Source: Deinococcus sp.
GTDB lineage: Bacteria > Deinococcota > Deinococci > Deinococcales > Deinococcaceae
DNA: 64,000 bases
Assembly (NCBI GenBank): GCA_965261005.1
Contig: OZ253375.1
Location: forward strand, 256,001 to 320,000
Direction of reading: 5' to 3'
The notes under the pieces are model-generated. The model had not been told where the DNA came from and did no database searches. It saw only the letters and a list, made by a program, of their open reading frames with translations. How positions within the stretch are numbered: the first letter of the stretch is position 1; every line of letters begins with the position of its first letter. Shown piece after piece: positions 50,287 to 61,484 of this stretch. Position numbers and translations under genes: made by a program.

Positions 50287-50457
50287 ATGTTGTGGGTTCT
50301 CGTCGTCGTGGTGGTGTTGTCGGCCAGCGGCATCCTGTACGCCTCCCTGGGTCCCCTGCGCAGGACGGCCAGCGCGCGCAGCTTGCGCGTGTTCGCCGCC
50401 ATTCAGTTCGCGCTGGCGGGTGTGTTGACCCTGGCGCGCATTTCGGGCTGGGCCTGA
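50287..50457 (+). CDS. Small leaderless membrane protein (56 aa; not in the ORF track)
   Basis: TAGACT 6 nt before the ATG; two hydrophobic helices; TGATG-coupled to the next gene. Confidence 0.7.
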   Translation: MLWVLVVVVVLSASGILYASLGPLRRTASARSLRVFAAIQFALAGVLTLARISGWA

Positions 50458-51356
50458 TGACCTTACTCGACCTTCAGTTTCAGGGCGTGTCCGGCGTGAT
50501 CGCGTGTTACGTGTTGGAGAGTTCGGACGGTCCCATCCTGGTTGACCCCGGCCCGGACAGCACCTACGAGCGATTGCGCGCCGGCCTTTCGGAACTCGGC
50601 CACGACCTCGCGGACGTGCGCCACGTCCTGCTGACGCACATCCACCTCGACCACGCGGGCGCGGCGGGGCGCCTCGCCGAAGAAAGCGGCGCCACCGTCT
50701 ACGTTCACGCACGCGGCGTGGCCCACCTCGCGCGGCCGAAACGGCTGCTGGCCAGCGCCGCGCAGATTTACGGCGACCAGATGAAGCCCCTGTGGGGCGA
50801 GACGCGCCCGGTGCCAGAAGAACAGCTGCGCGCCCTGGACGGGGGAGAGGTGCTGAAGCTGGGCGGCCTGGAGCTGGAGGCCCTGTACACGCCGGGCCAC
50901 GCGGTCCACCACCTGGCTTGGCGTCAGGGCGGCGACTTGTACTGCGGCGACGTGGGCGGCGTGCGGCTGGAGCCGGTCCAGTCTCCCCGCGCCCCCACCC
51001 CGCCGCCGGACATCAAGCTGGAGACGTGGCGGGACAGCGTTCAGCGGCTGCGCGCCCTGGACGTGAACAGGCTGCGCCTGACCCACTTCGGCAGCTACAC
51101 AGACGTGCAGGCCCATTGGGACGCGCTGCTGGGCAACATGGCCCGCGACGCCGAGCGTATCCGCATCGGCTTGGTGCAGGGCATGACCCCGGAGGTGCTG
51201 GCCGGCGCCTTTTCCAAGGCCGTCGAGCGCGACCTGAACGCCGAGGACCCGACCTTGGCCGCCCGCATGCGCTTCGCCAGCCCGGCCTGGATGAGCGCGC
51301 AGGGCCTGACGCGCTACTGGACCAAGCGCGGGCTGGGCACGGGCGGCCCCAGGTGA
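50457..51356 (+). CDS. MBL-fold metallo-hydrolase
   Basis: THIHLDHAG, TPGHAVHH, CGD, THFG. Confidence 0.92.
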   Translation: MTLLDLQFQGVSGVIACYVLESSDGPILVDPGPDSTYERLRAGLSELGHDLADVRHVLLTHIHLDHAGAAGRLAEESGATVYVHARGVAHLARPKRLLASAAQIYGDQMKPLWGETRPVPEEQLRALDGGEVLKLGGLELEALYTPGHAVHHLAWRQGGDLYCGDVGGVRLEPVQSPRAPTPPPDIKLETWRDSVQRLRALDVNRLRLTHFGSYTDVQAHWDALLGNMARDAERIRIGLVQGMTPEVLAGAFSKAVERDLNAEDPTLAARMRFASPAWMSAQGLTRYWTKRGLGTGGPR

Positions 51357-52609
51357 AGGTGCTGTTGATCGGCTCCGGCGGGCGCGAACACGCCCTGGCG
51401 GGGACGCTCTCCAGGTCGGAGAACCTGAGCGAATTGCTGGCGACCCCCGGCAACCCCGGCATCGGCGCGCTCGCCCGCGTGGTCGCCTGCGAGCAGACGC
51501 CGGAAGCCTTGGCAGAGTTGGCCCAGCGCGAGAACGTGGACCTGACCGTGGTGGGGCCGGAGGCGCCGCTGGTGGTGGGCATTGCAGACGTGTTCGCCGC
51601 ACGCGGCCTCAAGCTGTTCGGCCCCAGCGCGCTCGCGGCGCGCATCGAGGGCGACAAGGCTTGGGCCAAAGCCTTTATGAACCGCCACGACATTCCCACA
51701 GCGCGCCACGAAACGTTCGGTGACCTCGGCGCCGCCCTGGCTGCGCTGCCCCGCTTCGGGACTCCGGTGGTCGTCAAAGACGCGGCCCTGCGCGCGGGCA
51801 AGGGCGTGACCGTCTGCCACAGCCGCTTCCAGGCAGAAGACGCCCTGCGCGACGTGCTGACGCGGCCGGGCGGTTGCGCGGTGGTCGAGGAATTCATGAC
51901 CGGCCAGGAGGTGACGGTCATGGCGTTGTGCGACGGCGTTCACTTCGTGCCCATGCCGCCCGCCCAGGACCACAAGCCATTGCTGGAGGGCGACCTCGGC
52001 CCCATGACGGGAGGTATGGGCGTCGTCTGCCCGTTTCCGCTGACACCCGAGCAACGCGCTCAGATCGGAGCACGCATCCTGGCCCCCACCCTGGCCGGTC
52101 TGCGCGCCGAGGGCTGTCCCTTCGTCGGCGTCCTGTACGCCGGCGTGATGCTGACGGCGGATGGGCCGAAGGTCGTAGAGTTCAACTGCCGCCTCGGCGA
52201 CCCCGAGGCGCAGGCGGTCCTGCCGCTGCTGGAAAGCGACTTGCTAGAAATTATGCTCGCCTGCCTGGAGGGGCGCCTCACCCCCGAGCTGGTGAGGTTC
52301 TCCGAGCAAGCCAGCGCGGTCGTCGTGATGGCGGCGGCCGGCTATCCCGAGCGGCCAGCTACGGGCGTGCCCCTGACCTTGCCCGAGGTCGCGGGGGAGG
52401 GCTGTATCTACCACGCCGGCACGGCCAAAGCGGGCAGCTCTTTAATTTCGGCGGGCGGGCGGGTGCTGTCGGTGCAGGCGGGCGCCCCCGACGTGCCGGG
52501 GGCCATCGAGCGCGCCTACGCCCTGGTGGACCGCGTCGGTTTCGCGGGCGCCCTGGTTCGGCGCGACATCGGCTTCCGGCTGGAGGACAAGGTGGACCAG
52601 CCGCGTTGA
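51353..52609 (+). CDS. purD: Phosphoribosylamine--glycine ligase
   Basis: IGSGGREHALA, VVGPEAPL, QDHK, GPMTGGMG, EFNCRLGDPE. Confidence 0.96.
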   Translation: MKVLLIGSGGREHALAGTLSRSENLSELLATPGNPGIGALARVVACEQTPEALAELAQRENVDLTVVGPEAPLVVGIADVFAARGLKLFGPSALAARIEGDKAWAKAFMNRHDIPTARHETFGDLGAALAALPRFGTPVVVKDAALRAGKGVTVCHSRFQAEDALRDVLTRPGGCAVVEEFMTGQEVTVMALCDGVHFVPMPPAQDHKPLLEGDLGPMTGGMGVVCPFPLTPEQRAQIGARILAPTLAGLRAEGCPFVGVLYAGVMLTADGPKVVEFNCRLGDPEAQAVLPLLESDLLEIMLACLEGRLTPELVRFSEQASAVVVMAAAGYPERPATGVPLTLPEVAGEGCIYHAGTAKAGSSLISAGGRVLSVQAGAPDVPGAIERAYALVDRVGFAGALVRRDIGFRLEDKVDQPR

Positions 52610-52666
52610 CCCGCCTCGTCCCAACCTGCTACCATCCAGCTCGGCCCACGCGGGCCGTGTCCCCAA

Positions 52667-52749
<83 letters not shown>

Positions 52750-52770
52750 CTTGTTCCCACGGGAGTTCGC

Positions 52771-52992
52771 ATGTCCTACGTTCTGGAAATTCTGTTGGCG
52801 CTCGTCTGCGTCGTGCTGATCTTCTTCGTGCTGCTGCAAGTCCCCAAGCAGAGCGGCCTCTCGTCCGGTATGGGCGGCGGCGGCAACCTGCTGGGCGGCA
52901 GCGGCGTGGAGGGCGGCTTGGTGCGCCTGACCGCCTACGCGGGCGGCCTCTTCATGCTGTTCGCCTTGCTGATCGCCATCATCCCGCGTTGA
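52771..52992 (+). CDS. secG: Preprotein translocase subunit SecG
   Basis: VLLQVPKQSGLSSGMGGG and two TM helices; next to tRNA-Leu. Confidence 0.9.
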   Translation: MSYVLEILLALVCVVLIFFVLLQVPKQSGLSSGMGGGGNLLGGSGVEGGLVRLTAYAGGLFMLFALLIAIIPR

Positions 52993-53009
52993 GTTCGGAA
53001 GTTAGCCTC

Positions 53010-53034
53010 GCCCGGCGCGCGCCGGGCTTTTTTT
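53010..53034 (+). terminator. Intrinsic terminator after secG
   Basis: GCCCGGCG-cg-CGCCGGGC followed by T7. Confidence 0.85.
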
Positions 53035-53088
53035 GTGGCTTCAATTTGCATGGCTATGCACGAGCAGTATGAAAACCTCCACTCTTTT

Positions 53089-53148
53089 CCCCCTCCCCCC
53101 TCGAGGGGGAGCGCGAAGCACCTCGAAGAGAAGACCGGGGTGGGGGGT
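53089..53148. repeat. REP-like element related to 9670-9704 (inverted)
   Basis: Minus strand ACCCCCCACCCCGG...CTCCCCCTCGAGGGGGGAGGGG. Confidence 0.45.
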
Positions 53149-53324
53149 CCCCCGCATGTGCAAACGCCTTCCATGAGTTTACGTTCTCTTGAACTGTCAT
53201 ATATCAATCTCTATAGTGGTGGCGCTGGAAACCACTAAGCCATTTTGCTGAGACAGAGCTGCAAAGCTGCCTCCAGCGTCCGGTCGTTTTATCTCCAGCC
53301 CGCCCTCTCAGTCCAGGAGGACCA

Positions 53325-55088
53325 ATGAAGAAAGCCTTGTTTGTGATCGCCGCCATGACGCTGGCCTCGGCCGCGTCCGCCGCACCCTTCGTGTGGCCCG
53401 CCAAGTGGTCCGCCGACCCGGCCAGCGCCGCCAAGACGGGCGGGGAACTGCGTCAATCCGTCATTTCGGAGTACAAAACCTTCAACCCGTTCACAACAAC
53501 GGAGAACGGGAATATACCCGACCTCATGGCGGCCTCAACTTCCGGTCTGTTTACCCAGTCCCCGGAGGACGGCAGCTTTCTCCCTTATATGGCGGACGGC
53601 CCGGCCAAGGTGTCGAACGGGAACAAGACCTTCGTGGTCAACATCCGCCAGGGCATGAAGTTCTCGGACGGCCAGGAGATCACCGCCGACGACTGGATCA
53701 CCACCGCCAAGATCATCAAGGACGAGGCTGTGGGGTCCAACAGCCGCGACAACTGGTTTCTGAGCGACAAAGAGGTGAAGGTCAAGAAGCTCGGCAAGTA
53801 CCAGCTTCAGTTTGACTTTCCCAACACGACTTCAAAGTCCTACGTCTACATGAGCTATACCCCCTGGCCCGACCATATCTTTGCCCCCGTCTACGCCAAG
53901 AGCGGCGCCGAGGGCATCAAGAAGATGTGGACCCTCAACACCGACCCCAAGCAGATCGTGTCCCCCGGCGCCTGGGTGCTCAGCACCTACCGCACCGGCG
54001 AGCGGGCCATCCTGAGCAAGAACCCGTACTGGGGCGAGTGGAACAAGGACAGCGCGGGCAAGGCTTTGCCGTACCTGAACAGCCTCTCCTTCGCCATCGT
54101 CAAAGACGTGAACGCCCAGCTCGCGGCGCTCCTGGCGGGTCAGCTCGATCTGTTCACGCCCAGCACGGCCGACCAACTGGCGCAGATCAAAAAGGCGATA
54201 GACGCCGGCAACCTCAAGGCCAACCTGATTGCCAACATCGGGCCGCAGGCGTCGTCGCAGTGGATCGTCTTCAACTGGAACCTGTCCAGCAACCCGGGCA
54301 AGCAGGCCCTCTTTCGCGACGTGCGCTTCCGCCGCGCCATGAGCATGTTGGCCGACCGCGACAGCATGGTCAAGCTGGCTTACGGCGGCTTTGCCACGCC
54401 GACCTACGGCAGCGTCTACCCGCTCTTCACCAACTTCATCCCGGCCAACACGCCCAAGTACGAGTACAACTTGGCGCAGGCCCAGAAGCTGCTGGCCGAG
54501 ATCGGCTACGCCAAGAAGAACAGTGACGGCTACCTGGTGAACAAGAGCGGCAAGGTGCTGGAGTTCAACATGGTCACCAACGCCGGCAACAACCAGCGCG
54601 AGCAGCTGATGCGCATCTTCGCCGACACCGCCAAAAAGGCCGGCGTCAAGGTGAACGCGCAGCCGGTGGACTTCAACGTTCTGGTGAACCAACTGACCAG
54701 CAAGGGCGCCGACCGGCCCTTCGACTCGATTCTGCTGGGCCTGGCGGGCGGCGACAACATCTGGCCCTTCGGTCAGAACGTGGTTCCCTGCGGCACCAAC
54801 CTGCACAGCTACAACACCAGCGGCAAGTGCCTGACCGCCCAGGAAAACCTGATGAGCAAGCTGTACTACCAAGGCGACGCCGAACTTGATCAGGCCAAGC
54901 GCCAGCAGATCGGCGCCCAGCTGCTTAAGGTCCAGAGCGAGTTGCAGCCGACCGTTTACCTGGTGGGTCCCAACTACCACGTGGCCTATCTCGACCGCGT
55001 CGGCGGCTTGTACCCGCGCCCGTTGATCAATGCCTACAACCTGTCGCGGGCGGGCGGAATCTCTCCCGTTCTGACCTACATCAAGTAA
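53325..55088 (+). CDS. ABC transporter substrate-binding protein (family 5, Opp/Dpp)
   Basis: Signal peptide; KFSDGQEITADD, KNPYW, FRRAMS. Confidence 0.92.
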   Translation: MKKALFVIAAMTLASAASAAPFVWPAKWSADPASAAKTGGELRQSVISEYKTFNPFTTTENGNIPDLMAASTSGLFTQSPEDGSFLPYMADGPAKVSNGNKTFVVNIRQGMKFSDGQEITADDWITTAKIIKDEAVGSNSRDNWFLSDKEVKVKKLGKYQLQFDFPNTTSKSYVYMSYTPWPDHIFAPVYAKSGAEGIKKMWTLNTDPKQIVSPGAWVLSTYRTGERAILSKNPYWGEWNKDSAGKALPYLNSLSFAIVKDVNAQLAALLAGQLDLFTPSTADQLAQIKKAIDAGNLKANLIANIGPQASSQWIVFNWNLSSNPGKQALFRDVRFRRAMSMLADRDSMVKLAYGGFATPTYGSVYPLFTNFIPANTPKYEYNLAQAQKLLAEIGYAKKNSDGYLVNKSGKVLEFNMVTNAGNNQREQLMRIFADTAKKAGVKVNAQPVDFNVLVNQLTSKGADRPFDSILLGLAGGDNIWPFGQNVVPCGTNLHSYNTSGKCLTAQENLMSKLYYQGDAELDQAKRQQIGAQLLKVQSELQPTVYLVGPNYHVAYLDRVGGLYPRPLINAYNLSRAGGISPVLTYIK

Positions 55089-55159
55089 GCCAGCGCGCCA
55101 GATGACCAGAGGGTAGCCCGCTTTGCGTGGGCTACCCTTTCTCGAAAGGAGGTCCGTCC

Positions 55160-56140
55160 TTGTTGCCCTTTATGCTCCGCCGGCTCGCCAACTCGGTTCC
55201 CACCATCATCGGCGCGACGCTGCTGATCTTCTTTATTATCCAGGCGGCGCCGGGGGATTTCCTGACCCAGCAGCTGCTCGACCCCAACATCTCACCGCAG
55301 CAGATCGCCAACTTGCGGGCGCAGTTCGGCCTCGACCAGAACGTTGTGGTTCAGTATTTCTACTGGCTAAAAGAGCTGTTGCAGGGCAATTTGGGCGAGT
55401 CCTTTGCCTACAAGCAGCCGGTGTTGCAGGTCATCCTGCCGCGCGCCCTCAACTCGCTGTATTTGGTGCTGCTCAGCCAAGTCATCTTTTACTTCATCGC
55501 CATTCCGCTCGGCATCTACGGCGCGGTGCGGCAGTACAGCTTGGGCGACAAGGTGACCAGCACGCTGATGTACATTCTGCTGGGCTTTCCAACCTTTTTC
55601 CTGGCGCTCCTGGTGATCTACCTGATCTTGCAGGTGCGCTACGCGACCCACTGGGACATTCCGATTATCGGCATGACCTCAAGCGACTACGCGCAGCTTG
55701 GCCCCTTTGGCAAGGGCCTGGACATTCTCAAGCACATCGCCATTCCGGCCACCGTGCTGGCGATCAGCGGCGTGGCGGGCTTCACGCGGGTGCTGCGCGG
55801 GCAGATGCTCGAATACCTCGGATCGGACTTTATCCGCACGGCGCGCGCCAAGGGGCTGTCTGACTTCCGGGTGATCTACAAGCACACCCTGCGCAACGCC
55901 ATCATCCCCTTTATCGCGGGCATCGGGACGCTGCTGCCGGCCCTGATCAGCGGCGCGGGTCTGATCGAGGTCGTCTTCAGCTACCCCGGCATCACGCCCA
56001 TGCTGCTCGACTCGCTGGCCGCCACCGACCTCTACGTGCTGGCGGGCTTCAGCCTGATCGGCATCATCTTTTTGATCGTCGGCAATCTGCTCAGCGACAT
56101 TCTTCTCAGCATCGTGGACCCGAGGATTCGTTATGGCTGA
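55160..56140 (+). CDS. ABC transporter permease (OppB/DppB-like)
   Basis: FIRTARAKGL, HTLRNA, VDPRIR. Confidence 0.93.
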   Translation: MLPFMLRRLANSVPTIIGATLLIFFIIQAAPGDFLTQQLLDPNISPQQIANLRAQFGLDQNVVVQYFYWLKELLQGNLGESFAYKQPVLQVILPRALNSLYLVLLSQVIFYFIAIPLGIYGAVRQYSLGDKVTSTLMYILLGFPTFFLALLVIYLILQVRYATHWDIPIIGMTSSDYAQLGPFGKGLDILKHIAIPATVLAISGVAGFTRVLRGQMLEYLGSDFIRTARAKGLSDFRVIYKHTLRNAIIPFIAGIGTLLPALISGAGLIEVVFSYPGITPMLLDSLAATDLYVLAGFSLIGIIFLIVGNLLSDILLSIVDPRIRYG

Positions 56141-57275
56141 AGCGAGCGTCACGGCCCCCATCGCGCCAATCGCAAACGCGACCAAGGCCCAGTCGCAGTG
56201 GCAGGTGGCCTGGAAGCAGTTTCGCAAGCACCGCCTCGCGCAGGTCGGCGGCGCCATGCTGGTCTTCGTGTACCTGCTCGCCATCCTCGCGCCCTTTCTG
56301 GCGCCCGATCCCCTCTCCAAGTACAGCACCGACAACATCACCAAGTTCCAACCGCCCACGCCGCTGCACGTCCGCGATCCGCAGACCGGGCGCTTGACCC
56401 GCCCCTTTGTGTACGGCTTCAAGCAGGAACTCAGCCTGACGACCTTTCAAAACGAGTACGTGCCCGACCAGACCAAGCTGTACCCGGTCCACTTTTTCGT
56501 GCGCGGCGATTCGTATGACCTGTTCGGCTTCATCCCGACGGACATTCACCTCTACGGCGTGGACGCCCCCGGCAAGATTTTCCTGATGGGCGCGGACACC
56601 TTCGGGCGCGATCTGCTGAGCCGCATTCTGTACGCCGCCCAGATCTCGCTGACCATCGGCGTCGGCTCGGTGGTGCTTTCGACCCTGATTGGCATCGTGA
56701 TGGGGTCCCTCGCGGCCTACTTCGGCGGCTGGGTGGACAACGTCATCATGCGCCTGGTCGAGGTGATCGCGGCCATTCCCTACCTCTTCTTGCTGCTGGC
56801 CTTGCGGGCGCTGTTTCCCATCAACATCAACCCGATCTTCGCGCTGTACATCATCCTGGGCATTTTGGCCTTTATCAGCTGGGGGGGCTTGGCGCGCGAG
56901 ATTCGCAGCCAGCTGCTGTCGGTGCGCGAGCTGGACTACGTCTCGGCGGCCACCTCGCTGGGGGCCACCGACCGCCGCATCATCTTCCGTCACATGCTGC
57001 CGGCCATCACCACCTACCTGATCGTGTTTGCCAGCCTCGCGATTCCCGGCACCATCCTTCTGGAGTCGGGCCTCAGCTTTCTGGGCATCGGGGCGGTGGA
57101 GCCGTATGCCAGCTGGGGCAGCTTGCTGTCCCAAGCCCAGGAGGGCGGCCTCGCCTCTATCACCGACCGGCCGTGGGTCTTGATTCCGGGTTTCTTCATC
57201 GTGTTCACGGTGGCCTGCTACCAATTGCTGGGGGACGGGCTGCGCGACGCCTTCGACCCCAAGAAGCGGCAGTAA
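56133..57275 (+). CDS. ABC transporter permease (OppC/DppC-like)
   Basis: GADTFGRDLLSR, ESGLSFLG, GDGLRDAFDP. Confidence 0.93.
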   Translation: MAEASVTAPIAPIANATKAQSQWQVAWKQFRKHRLAQVGGAMLVFVYLLAILAPFLAPDPLSKYSTDNITKFQPPTPLHVRDPQTGRLTRPFVYGFKQELSLTTFQNEYVPDQTKLYPVHFFVRGDSYDLFGFIPTDIHLYGVDAPGKIFLMGADTFGRDLLSRILYAAQISLTIGVGSVVLSTLIGIVMGSLAAYFGGWVDNVIMRLVEVIAAIPYLFLLLALRALFPININPIFALYIILGILAFISWGGLAREIRSQLLSVRELDYVSAATSLGATDRRIIFRHMLPAITTYLIVFASLAIPGTILLESGLSFLGIGAVEPYASWGSLLSQAQEGGLASITDRPWVLIPGFFIVFTVACYQLLGDGLRDAFDPKKRQ

Positions 57276-57385
57276 ATTTCCCAAGCTGGGGCGGGCCTCG
57301 CGCCCGTCCCGTTCTGTTAAAAGATTGGCGCATTTAATCCTGCTATAGTGCGCCAAATGTGCTGGATATGCTGTAAGGAGATGCT

Positions 57386-58404
<1,019 letters not shown>

Positions 58405-58408
<4 letters not shown>

Positions 58409-59436
58409 CCGCCCCTCAAGCTACGGGACCGCACACCAGCGACGTCCGCAACCTGCCCCCGATGGGCCAGCCGCTGCTGGACGTAAAGGACCTGCGCAAG
58501 TACTTCCCGATTCGCGGCGGTCTGCTTTCGCGGGTGGTCGCCAACGTGCAGGCCGTCAACGACGTGAGCTTTTCGCTCAGGCGCGGCGAGGTGGTCGGCT
58601 TGGTCGGCGAGTCGGGCAGCGGCAAGACGACCGTGGGAAGGTCGCTGCTGCGCCTGATCGAGCCGTCGGGCGGCGAGGTGGTGTTCAACGGCACCGACAT
58701 CACCAAGCTGTCGCGCGGTCAGCTGCGCGACTACCGCCGCGAGATGCAGATCATCTTTCAGGACCCCTTCGCGTCGCTGAACCCGCGCATGACGGTGGCC
58801 GACATTATCGGCGAGGCGCTTCAGATTCACAACCTGTCCCCCGGCAAGGCGCGGGTGGAGCGCATCGCGGAGTTGCTGCGCAAAGTTGGTTTGGTGCCCG
58901 AGAGCATGCGGCGCTATCCGCACGAGTTCTCGGGCGGGCAGCGCCAGCGCATCGGGATCGCCCGCGCCCTCGCCGTGGACCCCAGCTTTATCGTCGCCGA
59001 CGAGCCGGTCTCGGCCCTGGACGTCTCGATTCAGGCCCAGGTCGTGAACCTGATTCAGGACCTGCAAGAAGAACTCGGTTTGACCGTGCTCTTCATCGCG
59101 CACGACCTCGCGGTGGTCGAGTACATCTGCGACCGCGTCATCGTGATGTACCTGGGCCGCATCATGGAGGTGGCGCCCAGCCGTCAGCTCTACGTCAACC
59201 CCAAGCACCCCTACACCGAGGCGCTGCTGTCGGCCGCCCCGGTGCCCGATCCCAGCGTCAAGCGCAAGCGCATCATCTTGGAGGGGGACATCCCCTCGCC
59301 CATCAACCCGCCGTCGGGCTGCGTCTTTCGCACGCGCTGCCGCTACGCTATAGAGGAGTGTGCCAACGTGGTGCCGGAACTGCGCGAGGTGGGGCCGGGA
59401 CATTACAAGGCGTGCATCCGGGACGACGTGCTGTGA
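58405..59436 (+). CDS. ABC transporter ATP-binding protein (OppF-like)
   Basis: [28 protein letters not shown]. Confidence 0.95.
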
Positions 59437-59469
59437 TTGGGTTGCCTTAAAATTCGGGGTGCAATGCGG

Positions 59470-59496
59470 GTAGGGGCGGGTTTCAAACCCGCCCCC
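59470..59496. repeat. GTAG-type REP-like palindrome
   Basis: GTAG followed by GGGCGGGTTT-C-AAACCCGCCC after the ABC operon. Confidence 0.55.
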
Positions 59497-59584
59497 ACAT
59501 TTTGCCCGCCCCTACTTCTTGCCCGCCGTTTCCCGCCTGTGCCCCTCTCACCCCCCGTCAGCCCTGCCGCGAAACACTGGCCGC

Positions 59585-60832
59585 ATGAAACACTTTCTTC
59601 TCGGCCTGCTGCTGCTCGGCTCCGCCTCCGCCTTGAACTTGCGCCTTTACCCCTCCTTTGCCGAGGTGCACGGGCCGGTCGAGGTGCGGGGCGGCCTGGT
59701 CACGCTGAGCTTTGGGCAGGAGGCGGCGAACTTTCTGGTGCCGGGAAGCTTGGGGCTGGAGGGCGTGAAGGTGCTTTCGGGCCTGTCGAAAGTCACCCCA
59801 ACGTGGCTGGCTTCGCAGGAAGGGAAGACGGTATGGCTGCGCGAGGACGGGGGGAGTGAGCAAGTGACCCTGGTGCGCGCCGAGGATTTGCTGGTGAGGG
59901 ACGCTCAGGGCCGCTACCGCACCGCGACCTTCGACCAGCTTTCCTTCGACACCCTGCCGCCGCCCAACCCGGCCAGCCCGCAGGTGCAGTACGTCTACGA
60001 GGTCGGCGGAACCGGCGCCACCCTCAGCTACCTGACGCGGGCCGTGAGCTGGACGCCGCGCTACACCCTGCGGGCGCAGGACTCGGGCGCCGCGCTGACC
60101 GGCCTCGCGGAGCTGCACAACGCCTCGGACGAAGGCTACGCCGTGGACGCCGGGGCCGAGCTGTTCGCGGGCGAGGTGAATTTGACTGAACCGCAGCCGT
60201 TCGCGCGGGACTTCGCGGCGCCCTCTGCGCTGGCCGCCCCCGCCGCGCCCCCAGCGCCCAAAATCTCGGGCGGGGGCGAGCTGCGCGGTCTGCGACGCTA
60301 CACCTTGTCCGCCGCCTTCACGCTGCCGGGGCGGGCCACGCTGGAACTGCCCTTTTTGCAGCCGCAGCTGACCACCTTTCAGCGCTACGGCGCCCTTGTT
60401 CGTGGCTTTACCCCACAGCCGGACGAGGGCAAGCTGGAGCGGGCCTACCGCCTGAAGGCGGACGCCTTTCTCCCCGCCGGCCCGCTGACCGTGCGTGACG
60501 CGGGGCGCATCGTGGGCCAGACCGACGTGGGCGACACGCCCAAGGGCGAGGCCGTGGACTTCACCCTCGGCGCCGACCCGGACCTGAGCTACGCCCGCGC
60601 GGTGCAGGTGAACAAGCAGGACAAGACCGGCTCGGTCTACCAAGTGACCTATACCTTCGGGAACGCCAAGGACCGCCCGGTGCGCGCCGAGGTGACGGAG
60701 TCGTTCTCCGGCGACGCGACCCTGAGCGGCCAGGCCGAGCGCACGCCGGGGGGGCTGAGCATCAAGGTGGATGTGCCTGTGGGGGGCAAGGTGACGCGCA
60801 GCTTCATGCTGGCGTTCAAGAACAGAGGCTAG
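59585..60832 (+). CDS. DUF4139-like exported protein
   Basis: Signal peptide; LSYLTRAVSWTPRY, LPAGPLTV, DTPKGE pattern. Confidence 0.75.
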   Translation: MKHFLLGLLLLGSASALNLRLYPSFAEVHGPVEVRGGLVTLSFGQEAANFLVPGSLGLEGVKVLSGLSKVTPTWLASQEGKTVWLREDGGSEQVTLVRAEDLLVRDAQGRYRTATFDQLSFDTLPPPNPASPQVQYVYEVGGTGATLSYLTRAVSWTPRYTLRAQDSGAALTGLAELHNASDEGYAVDAGAELFAGEVNLTEPQPFARDFAAPSALAAPAAPPAPKISGGGELRGLRRYTLSAAFTLPGRATLELPFLQPQLTTFQRYGALVRGFTPQPDEGKLERAYRLKADAFLPAGPLTVRDAGRIVGQTDVGDTPKGEAVDFTLGADPDLSYARAVQVNKQDKTGSVYQVTYTFGNAKDRPVRAEVTESFSGDATLSGQAERTPGGLSIKVDVPVGGKVTRSFMLAFKNRG

Positions 60833-60866
60833 AAGAAGTGGGATTGAACTCCATGTTCTCCCAGCC

Positions 60867-61445
60867 TCAAGCTGGTCGTCCATTTTGCCGCAGCAGCTTT
60901 AGCAGCAGCTTGACGCCCTTGTCCACGTCGGCCAGCCCCTTTTCCTGACGCATTCGCCCGCTCGCCCGAATATCAATCAGCCCGTGAACCGAGGCGTAGA
61001 TCAGGCCGGTCAGCTCCGCGTTGGGGACGTCCGGCAACTCGCCCGCTTCCTGGCACGCCCGCACGATGGCCGCGAACTCGCCAAAGGACCGCAGGGCCGC
61101 CGCCTCCAATTCGCCGCCCTGCGCGGCAATGTCCGGATCGCTGAACAGCAGCTTGTAGCGCGCCGGGGATTGCTGGCTGTACAAGATCAGGCGTGCCAGC
61201 GCCCGCTCCAACTTGGGGAGCGGCTTTATTTCCAACTGACGTATGGCCGCGCAAGTTTCGGTCAGCATGTTGAAGTCCCGGATGGCGACCGCACCGAGCA
61301 GCGCGTTGCGGCTCTCGAAGTGCTTGTAGGGGGCGTTGTGGGACACGCCAACCGCTTGGGCGACCGCGCGCAGGGTCACGGCGCCCTCGCCTCCCGCGTC
61401 GAGCAGGGCGGCGGCGGACTCGACGAGCCGCTGGGGCGTGTTCAC
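60867..61445 (-). CDS. TetR/AcrR-family regulator
   Basis: VTLRAVAQAVGVSHNAPYKHF HTH; VHG C-terminal motif. Confidence 0.93.
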   Translation of the reverse strand: MNTPQRLVESAAALLDAGGEGAVTLRAVAQAVGVSHNAPYKHFESRNALLGAVAIRDFNMLTETCAAIRQLEIKPLPKLERALARLILYSQQSPARYKLLFSDPDIAAQGGELEAAALRSFGEFAAIVRACQEAGELPDVPNAELTGLIYASVHGLIDIRASGRMRQEKGLADVDKGVKLLLKLLRQNGRPA

Positions 61446-61484
61446 GCGCGGTTCCAGGCGATAGGGAACGCGCTGAAACCTGTA

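Noticed and set aside
50792..51352. N-terminal extension of PurD in the 605-aa track ORF
   Set aside because: It overlaps the MBL gene in another frame; PurD starts at the GTG at 51353.
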